NCBI GenBank assembly: GCA_047617785.1
Contig: JBLGBK010000001.1
Location: forward strand, 1-64,000
Direction of reading: 5' to 3'
Length of the DNA stretch: 64,000 bases
DNA from: Colwellia polaris
GTDB lineage: Archaea > Nanohalarchaeota > Nanosalinia > Nanosalinales > Nanosalinaceae
In this document: positions 1 to 9,628 of the stretch, one piece after another
How positions within the stretch are numbered: the first letter of the stretch is position 1
Layout: each line of letters opens with the position of its first letter
Position numbers and translations under genes: made by a program
Notes under the pieces: model-generated
Told to the model about the DNA's origin: nothing
What the model saw: only the letters and a program-made list of their open reading frames with translations
Databases searched by the model: none

Positions 1-301
1 CAAGAACTTTCAATCCTTCAAGTTCGCCCCTTAGACGTGCAGCTAGCCTTTCCTCATACTGATCGCTTTCATGACTGCCTGGGAAACTGCGATTGAGATC
101 TTTGTCTACATAGCGCTTTCCCTGATTAAATGCTTTTTCATTGGCTAGAACCAATTTCACCGATTTTTCAAGGCTGTAATTTCCATTCTTCACTTCTTCT
201 TTAAATCTGCGTATAGCACGAAGCCCACATGCTTCATCACCATGCACCAACCCCACTACGGCTACTTCTGGTTTTCCTTCACCGATTATTTCCGCCTTCA
301 T
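1..301 (-). CDS. Succinylglutamate desuccinylase/aspartoacylase-family (M14-like) zinc peptidase, truncated at the window edge
   Basis: Manual translation, not in the ORF track: MKAEIIGEGKPEVAVVGLVHGDEACG...RYVDKDLNRSFPG. HGDE and DLNRxFPG motifs are present. ATGA overlap with the upstream gene's stop. Confidence 0.85.
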   Translation of the reverse strand, partial: MKAEIIGEGKPEVAVVGLVHGDEACGLRAIRRFKEEVKNGNYSLEKSVKLVLANEKAFNQGKRYVDKDLNRSFPGSHESDQYEERLAARLRGELEGLKVL

Positions 302-1674
302 TGTGATGAGTAGTGTGTTTCCATAGGATTTTGCGAATCCCAAACTGCGCCATCATCTATCGCCAGTGCTTGTTTTAATGCTTCCTCCTGTGTTGATCCG
401 TTTGATGAGAGCCGGTTGTAGATTTCTGCGGAGCGATCGGCTGGTGTTCCGTACTCTATTCTTTCTTCCAGCAAGTCCATGTATCCAGGATCGTCTATAC
501 TCAGTTCTTCAAGCCCCTTTCTTGCCTTATCAATCTCTTCACGTAGAACTGTATCTGTATCTGCTCTTACTACTTGTCCGTTTTTATTGTAAACCATCTG
601 ATCTACAGATAGACCCTGTTTCATTGCTTTCTCTCTATTCTCTAGGACTTCGTCGTACGGCGTGAGCTCCTCTTCGTTTTCCTGCGCATAGGCTATTCTT
701 CCTATCATGAAGCCGTGTACTGCTGTTTCTTCAGCCACCGAGGGCTGCATGGATAGCGGTCGTATTTCAGTTACAATATAATGCTCTTTCGTCCCTCCCT
801 GCTGTTCTTCCTCTTCTACTTTTATTCTAACGTCTTTCCAGTGTTCTCCTATCGCATCGCCGAAGTGATCTGGATCTTCGCCATCATCTTCAAAGAATAT
901 ACCTAGTCTACTGAGGTAATCTTCAGTATCGTCTACGTAACCATCAAGAGGGCCAACTTTGGCAGGAGTTTCGTCCGTATTGTAGTTCATCTCCCAGAGC
1001 TGCATCCGTGTATCAGCGAACCCTGTATCCTTTCCTTCTATAATCCTTGAGTTGCCGGATAAAGCGATTGCGTACGGTAGTGTCATCGCGGCATAGTTGT
1101 TTTTCTCCACTGCATCTTCCCAGCTTTCTGCCTGTATATTAGTCTGCGTGGAACATATCGCAGCCGGTATTGCTGCAGTATTCGGATCTATCTGCTCTTC
1201 TTCTCCGAACATCGGCAGTTCACCTATATGTTGTTCTCTCAGATCATCGAAAGTGTCTACAAGTACGTCGTATCTATCCTTATCTGTAGTCTGTATATCA
1301 TCTACATCTGTAAATGGATGCGTTCCGTATCTTATCAGAGATAGTCCTTGTTCGGCCATTTCTTCCGCTAGCTGGTTGTATCTTTCTCCCAGCGCGTTCT
1401 CCATCTGTTGAAGGCTTTCAAGCTGCATTGGCGGCGTCTGCGTTTCAGCCATTGCCGCACCTAGCTCTTCCTCTGCGAATTCCAGATCCTTAATTGCTTC
1501 ATCTCTTTTATCGTCTGATGCCGGTTCTTCACCATTAAGTACTGCGAATTCGGATTCTATTCCTACTCTCTGCGGTTCGTTGTTACTGTATCTTTCGGGG
1601 TTGGATAGGATTTCTTCTGCATCCTCCTCCAGTAACGGATGGATCTGATTCTGTTTTGACCGGTTTTGACTCAT
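298..1674 (-). CDS. Glutamate--cysteine ligase family 2 (GCS2) / carboxylate-amine ligase
   Basis: VGIESEF, AMAETQTPP, GTHP, STQTNI, ALSGNS, DTR and EIRPLSMQP motifs fit the GCS2 fold. Confidence 0.8.
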   Translation of the reverse strand: MSQNRSKQNQIHPLLEEDAEEILSNPERYSNNEPQRVGIESEFAVLNGEEPASDDKRDEAIKDLEFAEEELGAAMAETQTPPMQLESLQQMENALGERYNQLAEEMAEQGLSLIRYGTHPFTDVDDIQTTDKDRYDVLVDTFDDLREQHIGELPMFGEEEQIDPNTAAIPAAICSTQTNIQAESWEDAVEKNNYAAMTLPYAIALSGNSRIIEGKDTGFADTRMQLWEMNYNTDETPAKVGPLDGYVDDTEDYLSRLGIFFEDDGEDPDHFGDAIGEHWKDVRIKVEEEEQQGGTKEHYIVTEIRPLSMQPSVAEETAVHGFMIGRIAYAQENEEELTPYDEVLENREKAMKQGLSVDQMVYNKNGQVVRADTDTVLREEIDKARKGLEELSIDDPGYMDLLEERIEYGTPADRSAEIYNRLSSNGSTQEEALKQALAIDDGAVWDSQNPMETHYSSQ

Positions 1675-1887
1675 TTTGAATCGCCTTGCTTGGACGTGCG
1701 TAGTTGGGTAATTAGCTTGATTTGTAGATCACCTAGAGAAATTTTGAAGGGAAAAGTATCTAGGCTCAATCTTAGAAGTTATAGAAATAGCTCCCGCTGA
1801 ATACAAACCTGAAGTTGTCGGAGCGTTGATTGAGCATACCCAAACATTTGGTACTTGGAAGTTATAAATGTTGTTCTCGAGCACAGA

Positions 1888-3054
1888 TCAGTTCTCCAGT
1901 GCTTTGATTGCTGCAAGTTCTTCCCCGCTCATGAATCGGACGAATGCCCCACCAGCGATTGATACATGGGAGAAGTCGTCTATTTCATGTCCGAATCGAC
2001 GTATTAGCGATGAAGTGTGCCCTCCTCCTAGTACGGTATAGGCATCAGTGTTTGCTATTGCATCTACTATTGACTTGGTTCCTTCTTCGTGTTCTTCGAA
2101 AGCACCCATGGGACCCTTCATAACAACTGAGTCAGCTTCCTGTATATATTGTGAGAATATTTCGACTGTTTCATCCCCTATATCCCATGTCATTTCGTTT
2201 TCAGGCACCTCATCTACAGAGTAGTTTCCTGAATCCGTTTTGATATCTGCTGGAAGAACAAATTTATCTGAGTACTCTTCTATAAGTTGTTCTAGATCGT
2301 TTCTTTTGTTATGGAATCCGTGTTCTTTTATCCAGTCAACTTTGGTTCCAAGGCTATAACCTTGAACATCGAGAGCTATCTCTCCAGGTATTCCGCCGAG
2401 AAGAACTTTTTCTACATCTTCTATCATCTCCTCAAGCATCCCTATTAAGTCGGACGGTTTTTCTCCTCCAAGTACCATTACGCCTCCTTCAAAATTTTCC
2501 TTTACCTGTGTACAGCCTTTGATCTCTGCATTCATCACGCTTCCAGGATATGATTCGAGATGTTGATTGAAACCAACCATTGACCCGTGGCTTCTATGTG
2601 CAACGGAGAAAGCATCGTTTATATAGATATCAAAGTTATCTGAGAGTTCTTTAACGAATATGTCATCTGCATGGTTTTCAGGAGCTGCGTTCTGAAGTTC
2701 TTCAGACAGGAAACGTATATTTTGAAGCAGAGCTATATCCCCCGGCTCCATACTGGAAATATTATTTGATAGTTCGTTGCCGAAGAACGAGGGAATAAAT
2801 TCGATTTCTTTACCGAGAGAATCTTCGATCATCTCTGCGTGTTTCTCTAGAGATAGAAAGTCGTTGCGCGCAGGTCGCCCCTGATGGGCTACTACTGTGA
2901 CTTTTGCTCCTTTTTCGCTAAGTTCTTCTATTGTCTTCATGTACCTCTCGAAGCGAAGTGTTTTCTGTGGCTCTCCTTCTTCAACAGGAAGGTTTAGATC
3001 GGTTCGCAGCAGTAATTTCTTACCTTCTATATCAATATCTTCAATCGAATTCAT
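1888..3054 (-). CDS. pgk: Phosphoglycerate kinase
   Basis: RTDLNLP, HQGRP, LLQNIRF, NDAFSVAHRSH, GPMGAFE, GGGHT and HVSIAGGA motifs. Confidence 0.97.
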   Translation of the reverse strand: MNSIEDIDIEGKKLLLRTDLNLPVEEGEPQKTLRFERYMKTIEELSEKGAKVTVVAHQGRPARNDFLSLEKHAEMIEDSLGKEIEFIPSFFGNELSNNISSMEPGDIALLQNIRFLSEELQNAAPENHADDIFVKELSDNFDIYINDAFSVAHRSHGSMVGFNQHLESYPGSVMNAEIKGCTQVKENFEGGVMVLGGEKPSDLIGMLEEMIEDVEKVLLGGIPGEIALDVQGYSLGTKVDWIKEHGFHNKRNDLEQLIEEYSDKFVLPADIKTDSGNYSVDEVPENEMTWDIGDETVEIFSQYIQEADSVVMKGPMGAFEEHEEGTKSIVDAIANTDAYTVLGGGHTSSLIRRFGHEIDDFSHVSIAGGAFVRFMSGEELAAIKALEN

Positions 3055-3256
3055 GGCGTTATATTACGATGTAATACATTTCTTTGTTTTTAATGATTTC
3101 AAGTGATTATTTAAAAATCCGTCAAACTAACCAGAATTACCAATGAACGGTGAATGTTTTGGACTGCCTGAAATGGCAGTCACACGGTAGAATCAACACT
3201 CTTTCAAAACCTTCTAGACTTTCTGCTATAAAAATTTCCGATACAGGTGTTTCTAT

Positions 3257-4966
3257 ATGAAAGACTTAACTAGGAAAGTGGCAGAGCTATCCAAAAGAAG
3301 AGGTTTCTTTTTCCAGTCAAGCGAATCCTACGGCGGCGCAGCAGGTTTCCAGACCTTTGGCCCCGAAGGCGCAGAAATTAAGAGAAATATCGAGAACAGC
3401 TGGAGAGAAGCATTCTCAGACAGTCTTGGTCACAGAGAAATTGAAGCACCGACAATTATGCCTGAACCGGTTTTCCAGGCATCAGGTCATCTGGACACAT
3501 TCGACGACATGATAATCGAATGTCCGGAATGCGGAACCAGTTCCAGAGCGGACCACATCGTGGAAGACAATACTGAAATTGAGGAAGCGGAAAGCTTCTC
3601 ACACGAGAAAGTCGAGGAACTGATCAAGGAAAACAACCTTGAATGTCCGGAATGCGGAGAAGATCTGTCGAATGTAGCAGTCGAGGACTTCAACCTGATG
3701 TTTAAAACCAGTATCGGTCCCGGTGGCGGACAGACAGGCTACTTGAGACCGGAGACCGCGCAGGGTATCTTCGTTGAGTTCCCACGACTGAAAGAATATG
3801 CACGGAACCAGCTGCCTTTCGGAATTACACAGATCGGTAAAGCATACAGAAACGAGATCAGTCCGCGAAACGGCCTTGTAAGAGTCCGTGAACTGACTCA
3901 GGCAGAGCTCGAGCATTTTATTGATCCTGAAGAGGATGAGCCTCCAATAGAGGATGTTGAAGATGTTGAATTGAAGCTTTACAGTAGAGATCAGCAAAGC
4001 GCTGAAGACGGCGAACCACAGTTCATGACCGTCAGGGAAGCGGTTGAAGACGAAGTTGTTGAATCTGACTGGATCGCATACTACCTGGGTATAGCAAAGC
4101 AGTGGTACGAATCTATCGGCGTCGACATGGAACGTTTCCGATTTAGGCAGCACCAAAATGATGAACTGTCTCACTACGCAAGCGACTGTTGGGATGCAGA
4201 GTCCCAGGTTGACGGCGACTGGATCGAGATTACAGGTTTCGCATACCGAGGTTGTTACGATCTGAAGAAGCACGACCAGTACAGCCGTGAGGATTACACG
4301 ATCTTCAAGGAGTACGATGAACCGAAGACCGTAGAGAAAAACACAGTCAATCCAGATATGGGATTTCTCGGTCCAGAGTTCGGTAATAAAGCCGGAGATA
4401 TCAAGAAAGCTCTTGAAGAGCTAGCTGAGGAGGATCCCGAAGCATTTGAAGCGGACAAGATTTTCGTCGAAATTGACGAAGAAGAGTATTCCATTCCTGC
4501 TGATAAATGCAACTTCAATGTCGAAGAAGTTACCGAGAATGGAGAGCATATCTTTCCTCACGTAGTTGAGCCTTCCTTCGGTATTGATAGAATGGTTTAT
4601 ACCATTCTAGCTCATGCTTACGACGAAGATGAAGTTGACAGCGAAGATAGAACAGTTATGCGGTTCAATGAGAAAGTTGCTCCAACAGAGGTTGCTGTCT
4701 TCCCATTAATGGATAAGGAAGGTCTCGGGGAGAAAGCCAGCGAAGTAGCTAAGATGCTGAGAGAAAAAGGTTTCTCAGTGAAGTACGACGATACCGGCAA
4801 CATCGGTAAACGTTACAGAAGACAGGACGAAGTTGGTACGCCTGTATGTGTAACGATTGATTACGAGACACTTGAAGAGGATCCAGAGACTGTTACCGTA
4901 AGAGATCGTGACTCCACAGAACAGAAGCGTGTAAAAATCAAGCAGTTAGCGGACGAACTCCGTTGA
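3257..4966 (+). CDS. glyS: Glycine--tRNA ligase (archaeal/eukaryotic alpha2 type)
   Basis: LRPETAQG, YRNEISPR, RVRELTQAELEHF, EPSFGIDR, and IGKRYRRQDEVG in the anticodon-binding domain. Confidence 0.98.
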   Translation: MKDLTRKVAELSKRRGFFFQSSESYGGAAGFQTFGPEGAEIKRNIENSWREAFSDSLGHREIEAPTIMPEPVFQASGHLDTFDDMIIECPECGTSSRADHIVEDNTEIEEAESFSHEKVEELIKENNLECPECGEDLSNVAVEDFNLMFKTSIGPGGGQTGYLRPETAQGIFVEFPRLKEYARNQLPFGITQIGKAYRNEISPRNGLVRVRELTQAELEHFIDPEEDEPPIEDVEDVELKLYSRDQQSAEDGEPQFMTVREAVEDEVVESDWIAYYLGIAKQWYESIGVDMERFRFRQHQNDELSHYASDCWDAESQVDGDWIEITGFAYRGCYDLKKHDQYSREDYTIFKEYDEPKTVEKNTVNPDMGFLGPEFGNKAGDIKKALEELAEEDPEAFEADKIFVEIDEEEYSIPADKCNFNVEEVTENGEHIFPHVVEPSFGIDRMVYTILAHAYDEDEVDSEDRTVMRFNEKVAPTEVAVFPLMDKEGLGEKASEVAKMLREKGFSVKYDDTGNIGKRYRRQDEVGTPVCVTIDYETLEEDPETVTVRDRDSTEQKRVKIKQLADELR

Positions 4967-5039
4967 CTTTCTCACCCTCTTCTTTCTATTCTTAGAAAAT
5001 TGAGAATCCATAAAAGACTGGGACTTGATATTCAGTTTT

Positions 5040-5924
5040 ATGGCAGAATGTGCAGAATGCGGAAAAGAAACTATGAGTTTTACCTGCAGTTATTGCGGGA
5101 AAAGCTTCTGCTCAGATCACAGACTGCCCGAGAACCATGACTGTCAGAAAATGGAGGAAGAACTGGAACGCAAGAAAGAGGAAGACGATAAATGGTTTGA
5201 AGAGAAGCAAGCCAAGAAAGAGAAGAAGACAAAGAGAAGAACACCGCCAAAGAAACCAAGCCTAGCAGAAGACATACTAAATGTTTTCAGAAGCAATATT
5301 ACATACAGTATAATAGCAGTTACCGTAATTTTCTTCCTCTTGCAAAATTTAATACCCGGACTTACCAGCTTGATGATTCTTGAACCAGGCCTAGAAGACA
5401 TTATGCAGAAGCCATGGAGCATATTTACAGTTATGCTTCTGCACGGAGGAGTACTACATATATTTGCAAACATGGTGACCTTCTACTTCTTCGGGAAACC
5501 TGTGGAGAATATAGTCGGAGCTAGAGAAACCTTAAAGCTCTACATTGGCGCAGGAGTTGTAGCAAGCCTAGCCTATGTAGGATTCAATAATATAACACAC
5601 TTGATCAACGGAGCACCTCTTGGACCGGCAGTAGGGGCTTCAGGCGCAGTAGTTGCATTCTTAGGCGTAGTTGCCATGTTATATCCGGAAGCAGAGGTTC
5701 TACTCTACTTCATAGTGCCTATGAAGATCAAGACTGCAGTATATGCTTTCGCAGGTATAGAAGCACTCAACCTCGTCATGAAATTACTTGGGTTTACTCT
5801 TCCGATAATCGGAAACTTTGCAAGTTCAGCCCACCTAGCAGGGCTTTTAGTAGGTCTATGGTACGGTAGAAGGATAAGAGATAAGGCGCGTAGAACTAGC
5901 GTTTTCGACCCACTGTCATATTAA
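5040..5924 (+). CDS. Rhomboid intramembrane serine protease with N-terminal AN1-type zinc finger
   Basis: CxxC...CxxC...FCSDHRLPENHDC zinc finger, HIFANM, catalytic GASG, and AHLAG. Confidence 0.93.
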   Translation: MAECAECGKETMSFTCSYCGKSFCSDHRLPENHDCQKMEEELERKKEEDDKWFEEKQAKKEKKTKRRTPPKKPSLAEDILNVFRSNITYSIIAVTVIFFLLQNLIPGLTSLMILEPGLEDIMQKPWSIFTVMLLHGGVLHIFANMVTFYFFGKPVENIVGARETLKLYIGAGVVASLAYVGFNNITHLINGAPLGPAVGASGAVVAFLGVVAMLYPEAEVLLYFIVPMKIKTAVYAFAGIEALNLVMKLLGFTLPIIGNFASSAHLAGLLVGLWYGRRIRDKARRTSVFDPLSY

Positions 5925-6454
5925 GGAGTTTCACGCGTAGTCTCGTAATAAGTTACGCCGCTTTCTGAGTCAACTACTGCGTAAAGCATTTTCGCCCGGA
6001 TATTGTGCGCTAATCTGACGGTGCGCGAGAGCTCTTCAAATCCTTGTTTCTGTGTTTCATCTACTGCCTGTACAACCCATTTTGTATGCGCACGCTTCCC
6101 TTCCTCTTCTGTATAAGGGTTTGCGCCGCGCGGATAGACGCGGAAGTGAGTTCCGAACTTGAAGCCAGATTTGATTATATAGCCACGATCTCTAAGATCA
6201 TCATATACAGTGTATTTATTCTTGAAATCTTTATCTAGATTTGAGAACTTTGAGAATATTTCTTTTTCGTCCACTTCTTCGTCTTCATCTTTGATCTGGA
6301 TTATATCTCTCTTTGCGAGGTGTGCGGCTTCGACTAACGATAACTCCAGTCGGTCTTCATTTTTCTTGCCATAGTATTTCTCGCTGTAAATCTCTTCGAT
6401 ATCCTCTTCATCCCAGACAAGCACTTGTTTATTTACGAGTTCAGTATCAATCAT
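5921..6454 (-). CDS. endA: tRNA-intron endonuclease (single-unit, alpha4-size)
   Basis: LSLVEAAHL, VYDDLRDRGY, SGFKFGTHFRVY and VRLAHN motifs. About 177 aa. Confidence 0.93.
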   Translation of the reverse strand: MIDTELVNKQVLVWDEEDIEEIYSEKYYGKKNEDRLELSLVEAAHLAKRDIIQIKDEDEEVDEKEIFSKFSNLDKDFKNKYTVYDDLRDRGYIIKSGFKFGTHFRVYPRGANPYTEEEGKRAHTKWVVQAVDETQKQGFEELSRTVRLAHNIRAKMLYAVVDSESGVTYYETTRETP

Positions 6455-6481
6455 AGTTCTCAAGTTGTATGCTTATTGTTT

Positions 6482-7141
6482 TTAGAATTCACTTAAACCA
6501 CTCTGTGATTCTTCCTCGATTATCTTCTCAGCTGAACTCCAAGACCTGCGCGTATCCGAAGGTAGTTCGCCGTTCTCATGGAAGTATTCACGAAGGAATT
6601 CTTTCACAGGAGGATCATGAGGGTACCCTGATCCGAAGTCGTAGCCATACTTTTCGTGAAGCCTTTCAACATGGTTTTCTCTTTCAGTCTTTGCAACTAT
6701 CGATGCCGCGGAAACGATCGGGTATGTGTCGTCCGCCCCGTGTTCTGCAATTATCTCGATATCCTGTAGCTTTGCGGGAAGTTCTGCCTTCACTTTCTTG
6801 ATGTATCTTTCCGGGTTTGGTTCTGGAAGGTCTAGTATTACTTTGTCAGGTTCTGCCCTTTCGATAACGTCGGCGAATGCCCGTGTTTCTATCTCATTTA
6901 AGGTCATTACTTCTCGTAGCTGGTCGATTTCTTCCGCGGTTATCTCTTTAAGGAATTTCTCTCCTTTTTCTTCAAGCTCTTCCTCAATACGGTTTCTCTT
7001 TTTATCTGAGAGTTTCTTCGAGTCCTTTACACCGAGATCAGTGAGGAAGTCTTTTTCATCTTCTTCCAGCATGTATCCACCGATGAACATTGACCCTATT
7101 ACCGGCCCTCTCCCTGCCTCATCTAGACCTAGTACCTTCAT
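6482..7141 (-). CDS. rnhB: Ribonuclease HII
   Basis: GLDEAGRGPVIG, VKDSKKL, VSAASIVAK and GSGYP motifs. Confidence 0.98.
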   Translation of the reverse strand: MKVLGLDEAGRGPVIGSMFIGGYMLEEDEKDFLTDLGVKDSKKLSDKKRNRIEEELEEKGEKFLKEITAEEIDQLREVMTLNEIETRAFADVIERAEPDKVILDLPEPNPERYIKKVKAELPAKLQDIEIIAEHGADDTYPIVSAASIVAKTERENHVERLHEKYGYDFGSGYPHDPPVKEFLREYFHENGELPSDTRRSWSSAEKIIEEESQSGLSEF

Positions 7142-7255
7142 TTCTCTTTAATCACATCAAACGGTTGCTCCCTCAAGAATAAAACTTGACTGATTTAAAC
7201 GGCGAGTTTATCGGCGTTATTTTTTAACAGTAAAATACCCATACTGTTTCAGTTT

Positions 7256-7582
7256 ATGGCGGACAGAGATACTGAGACATACTTGAAAGTGCTGAACTCT
7301 CTACTTGCCGTAGGATTCGTTCTCATGCTGGGAAACTATCTGGGGTTATCTCCAGGAATAACAGGGAACTTCTTTGCCGTAGAGGAAGAACCTAGCTGCA
7401 AATTCAATCACGGAGAAGAAAGCAACTCTATTCCTATGGAGAGATGCTGTTACCATGCCAGCCAGCAACTTAAGATAGGTGAAAATGAAGAAAAATTTTT
7501 CTACGGGTCTCAATACAGGAACTACAGCCTAAATCAGGAAGCAGTAGAATATTGTAGTGAGGAGGATTTTGACATTGAATAA
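7256..7582 (+). CDS. Hypothetical membrane-anchored Cys-containing protein
   Basis: One N-terminal TM helix and four Cys in the outer domain. Overlaps the GH3 gene start. Confidence 0.6.
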   Translation: MADRDTETYLKVLNSLLAVGFVLMLGNYLGLSPGITGNFFAVEEEPSCKFNHGEESNSIPMERCCYHASQQLKIGENEEKFFYGSQYRNYSLNQEAVEYCSEEDFDIE

Positions 7583-8672
7583 ACACGCACACCTAGTTCT
7601 CACACTTCTTCTTATTTCGTCCACTTCAGCGCTGTATTTCTCAGATGAACAAGAAAAGAAGACTGATGCTAGAAACGCCACTTTACCAAGCTTTGAGGGC
7701 ATAGAACTCAATAAATCAGGCAAAACGGTTAACCTAGATTCAATGACAACAAGACAGAAAGCTGCGTTATTGATCGTCTCAACCTCGTATGAAAGTAATG
7801 TTTCAGATAACAGAATAGTCGGAGGAGTACATCTTTCAGCTGCAAAATCTGAAGAAGAATTTAATGAAAGAGTAGCTAGTTACAGAGAAGGAAGACTTAT
7901 TGAGCCTTTGATAACTATCGATTTGGAAGGCTGCATCACCCCTGCAGATTCCTTCAGAAGTTTCAGAGCCTTCCATCACATTAATACAACTGATCAGGCA
8001 TACAGATCAGGTTTAAGACAGGGAGAGTTTCTATCCAATATAGGCGTAGATATCAACTTTTCTCCAGTTGTAGATCTTGAGGATTCGATATGGGGTTGCA
8101 GAAGCTTCCCCGGAAATCAGAGCGCTGTTAGCGATAAAGCCTGCGCTTACATAGAAGGGCTTCATGAAAAAGAGGTGATGGCGACAGCCAAACATTATCC
8201 CGGCCGAACCCTCACAGGAAAAGACCCTCATCATGACATGAAGAATGTAAATGTGACAGAAAGAGACCTCGCTCCTTTCTATGCAACAATGAACTGCAGT
8301 GTCGATGCTGTTATGCCTTCCCACCAAATATCAACTGGCTATGTCAATACTAGAAACCAGCCTGCTGATGTTTCGGAGGTAACAAGGAACAGAATCAGAG
8401 AAAAAGGGTTCGACGGATTGATAGTTTCCGATGCAATCGATATGGGCGGTCTTACCAAATACTACAATAGCAGCGAACAAAGATATATCGATGCTTTTAG
8501 GGCAAACGACGTAATTCTCAATGTTATTGGAGATGTTGAGGATACTGTTGAGATAATCAATACAATTGACAAAGCTGTAGAGAACGATAGACTTGATGAA
8601 AAGTATATTGATCAATCTTTGACGAGATTACTTGAGGCGAAAGGTTGGGAAGTGGAGAGTGACAGAAATTAA
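7575..8672 (+). CDS. Secreted glycoside hydrolase family 3, NagZ-like beta-N-acetylhexosaminidase
   Basis: IDLEG, NFSPVVD, RSF, KHYPG...DPH and FDGLIVSDAIDMGG motifs. Signal peptide LVLTLLLISSTSA. Start is either TTG 7575 or GTG 7557. Confidence 0.88.
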   Translation: MNKHAHLVLTLLLISSTSALYFSDEQEKKTDARNATLPSFEGIELNKSGKTVNLDSMTTRQKAALLIVSTSYESNVSDNRIVGGVHLSAAKSEEEFNERVASYREGRLIEPLITIDLEGCITPADSFRSFRAFHHINTTDQAYRSGLRQGEFLSNIGVDINFSPVVDLEDSIWGCRSFPGNQSAVSDKACAYIEGLHEKEVMATAKHYPGRTLTGKDPHHDMKNVNVTERDLAPFYATMNCSVDAVMPSHQISTGYVNTRNQPADVSEVTRNRIREKGFDGLIVSDAIDMGGLTKYYNSSEQRYIDAFRANDVILNVIGDVEDTVEIINTIDKAVENDRLDEKYIDQSLTRLLEAKGWEVESDRN

Positions 8673-8700
8673 GTTATCCAATGAAGCCTAATTCACACCA

Positions 8701-8708
8701 TTTATAAT
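8701..8708 (+). promoter_or_regulatory. Putative TATA box of tRNA-iMet
   Basis: TTTATAAT lies about 30 nt upstream of the tRNA 5' end. Confidence 0.5.
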
Positions 8709-8739
8709 ATTCACTTGTCGATTCTTTATTACAACCCAT

Positions 8740-8814
8740 AGCGGGGTGGAGCAGTCAGGAGTGCTCGTCGGGCTCATAACCCGGAGGTCCGAGGTTCAAA
8801 TCCTTGCCCCGCTA
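8740..8814 (+). tRNA. tRNA-iMet (CAT)
   Basis: Cloverleaf AGCGGGG/CCCCGCT with A1-U72, GGG/CCC pairs next to the CTCATAA loop, and TTCAAAT T-loop. Confidence 0.96.
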
Positions 8815-9119
8815 TAACTATTCTGACTGACAGTATTGCCAGAACTCTGCGCATTTCTCATTCTGATTTAGCTCGATAAGGTATTCCTCCTTTAGTTTTG
8901 TTTCAGCGCTGTTTTCGCGGTAAGATAGATTCCACTTCACAGTATCCCGACGTTAATGTTGATCATGGAAAAACCAGTTAGTGGTTAAAGATAAATTTCT
9001 GGGAGCGGTGCATTAACTTAAATAAGAGTGTCTGCATATTTTGACTATTGTGTAGGAGTGCATACAACACTCCAATGTTTAAGGGGGAGAAGAGAATAAA
9101 TGAAAAGTGATGAAGAAAA

Positions 9120-9473
9120 ATGGATAAAGTCGGCAACGCATTAATTAGCCTAGTACAGGATCTCTCCAGTATTTCTACAAACGGCCATGCACAGGTCGAG
9201 GTAAACGAAAATCTGTGCAATCCAAAACAGTTCAAGCAGCTTTTCGATTACTTTACACAGGGAACTATTCTAGAACGAATCGATCTTGAAGTAGAGTCAA
9301 CAGGAACAACAGTCGAATGCGGATGCGGATATAACGAACCAGTAAACGGCGACCATTCAGGTTACGTGAGATGTCCCGACTGCGGAAAGTTCGCGGAAGT
9401 CCAGAATCACGCGTATCGTATCAAGAAACCTGATCCTTCCAAAGTTGGAAAAAGACAGAGTATTCGGTTCTAA
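9120..9473 (+). CDS. HypA-like zinc-ribbon protein lacking the N-terminal MHE motif
   Basis: LFDYFTQGTILERIDLEVE followed by CGC...CPDC, which matches the HypA layout. 117 aa. Confidence 0.55.
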   Translation: MDKVGNALISLVQDLSSISTNGHAQVEVNENLCNPKQFKQLFDYFTQGTILERIDLEVESTGTTVECGCGYNEPVNGDHSGYVRCPDCGKFAEVQNHAYRIKKPDPSKVGKRQSIRF

Positions 9474-9526
9474 AGATATAACTACTAAAGATTGTCTTCA
9501 TCCATTAATTCTTGAAAAGCTGAAAT

Positions 9527-9609
9527 GCCGGGGTAGCCAAGTGGCCAAAGGCGACGGACTCAAGATCCGTTCCCGCAGGGGTTCCCGGGTTCAAATCCTG
9601 GCCCCGGCA
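9527..9609 (+). tRNA. tRNA-Leu (CAA)
   Basis: GCCGGGG/CCCCGGC acceptor stem, ACGGA-CTCAAGA-TCCGT anticodon arm, long variable arm, TTCAAAT. Confidence 0.96.
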
Positions 9610-9628
9610 CTAAAACCATCTTCCGACT

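Noticed and set aside
1675-1860. Possible structured leader or riboswitch upstream of the GCS2 gene
   Set aside because: The gap is long for this genome, but I could not identify a convincing structure or ORF.
8818-8940. About 40-codon minus-strand frame (VKWNLSYRENSAETKLKEEYL...) downstream of tRNA-iMet
   Set aside because: It could be a gene fragment, but it has no convincing start or family, and I found no att repeat of this tRNA.
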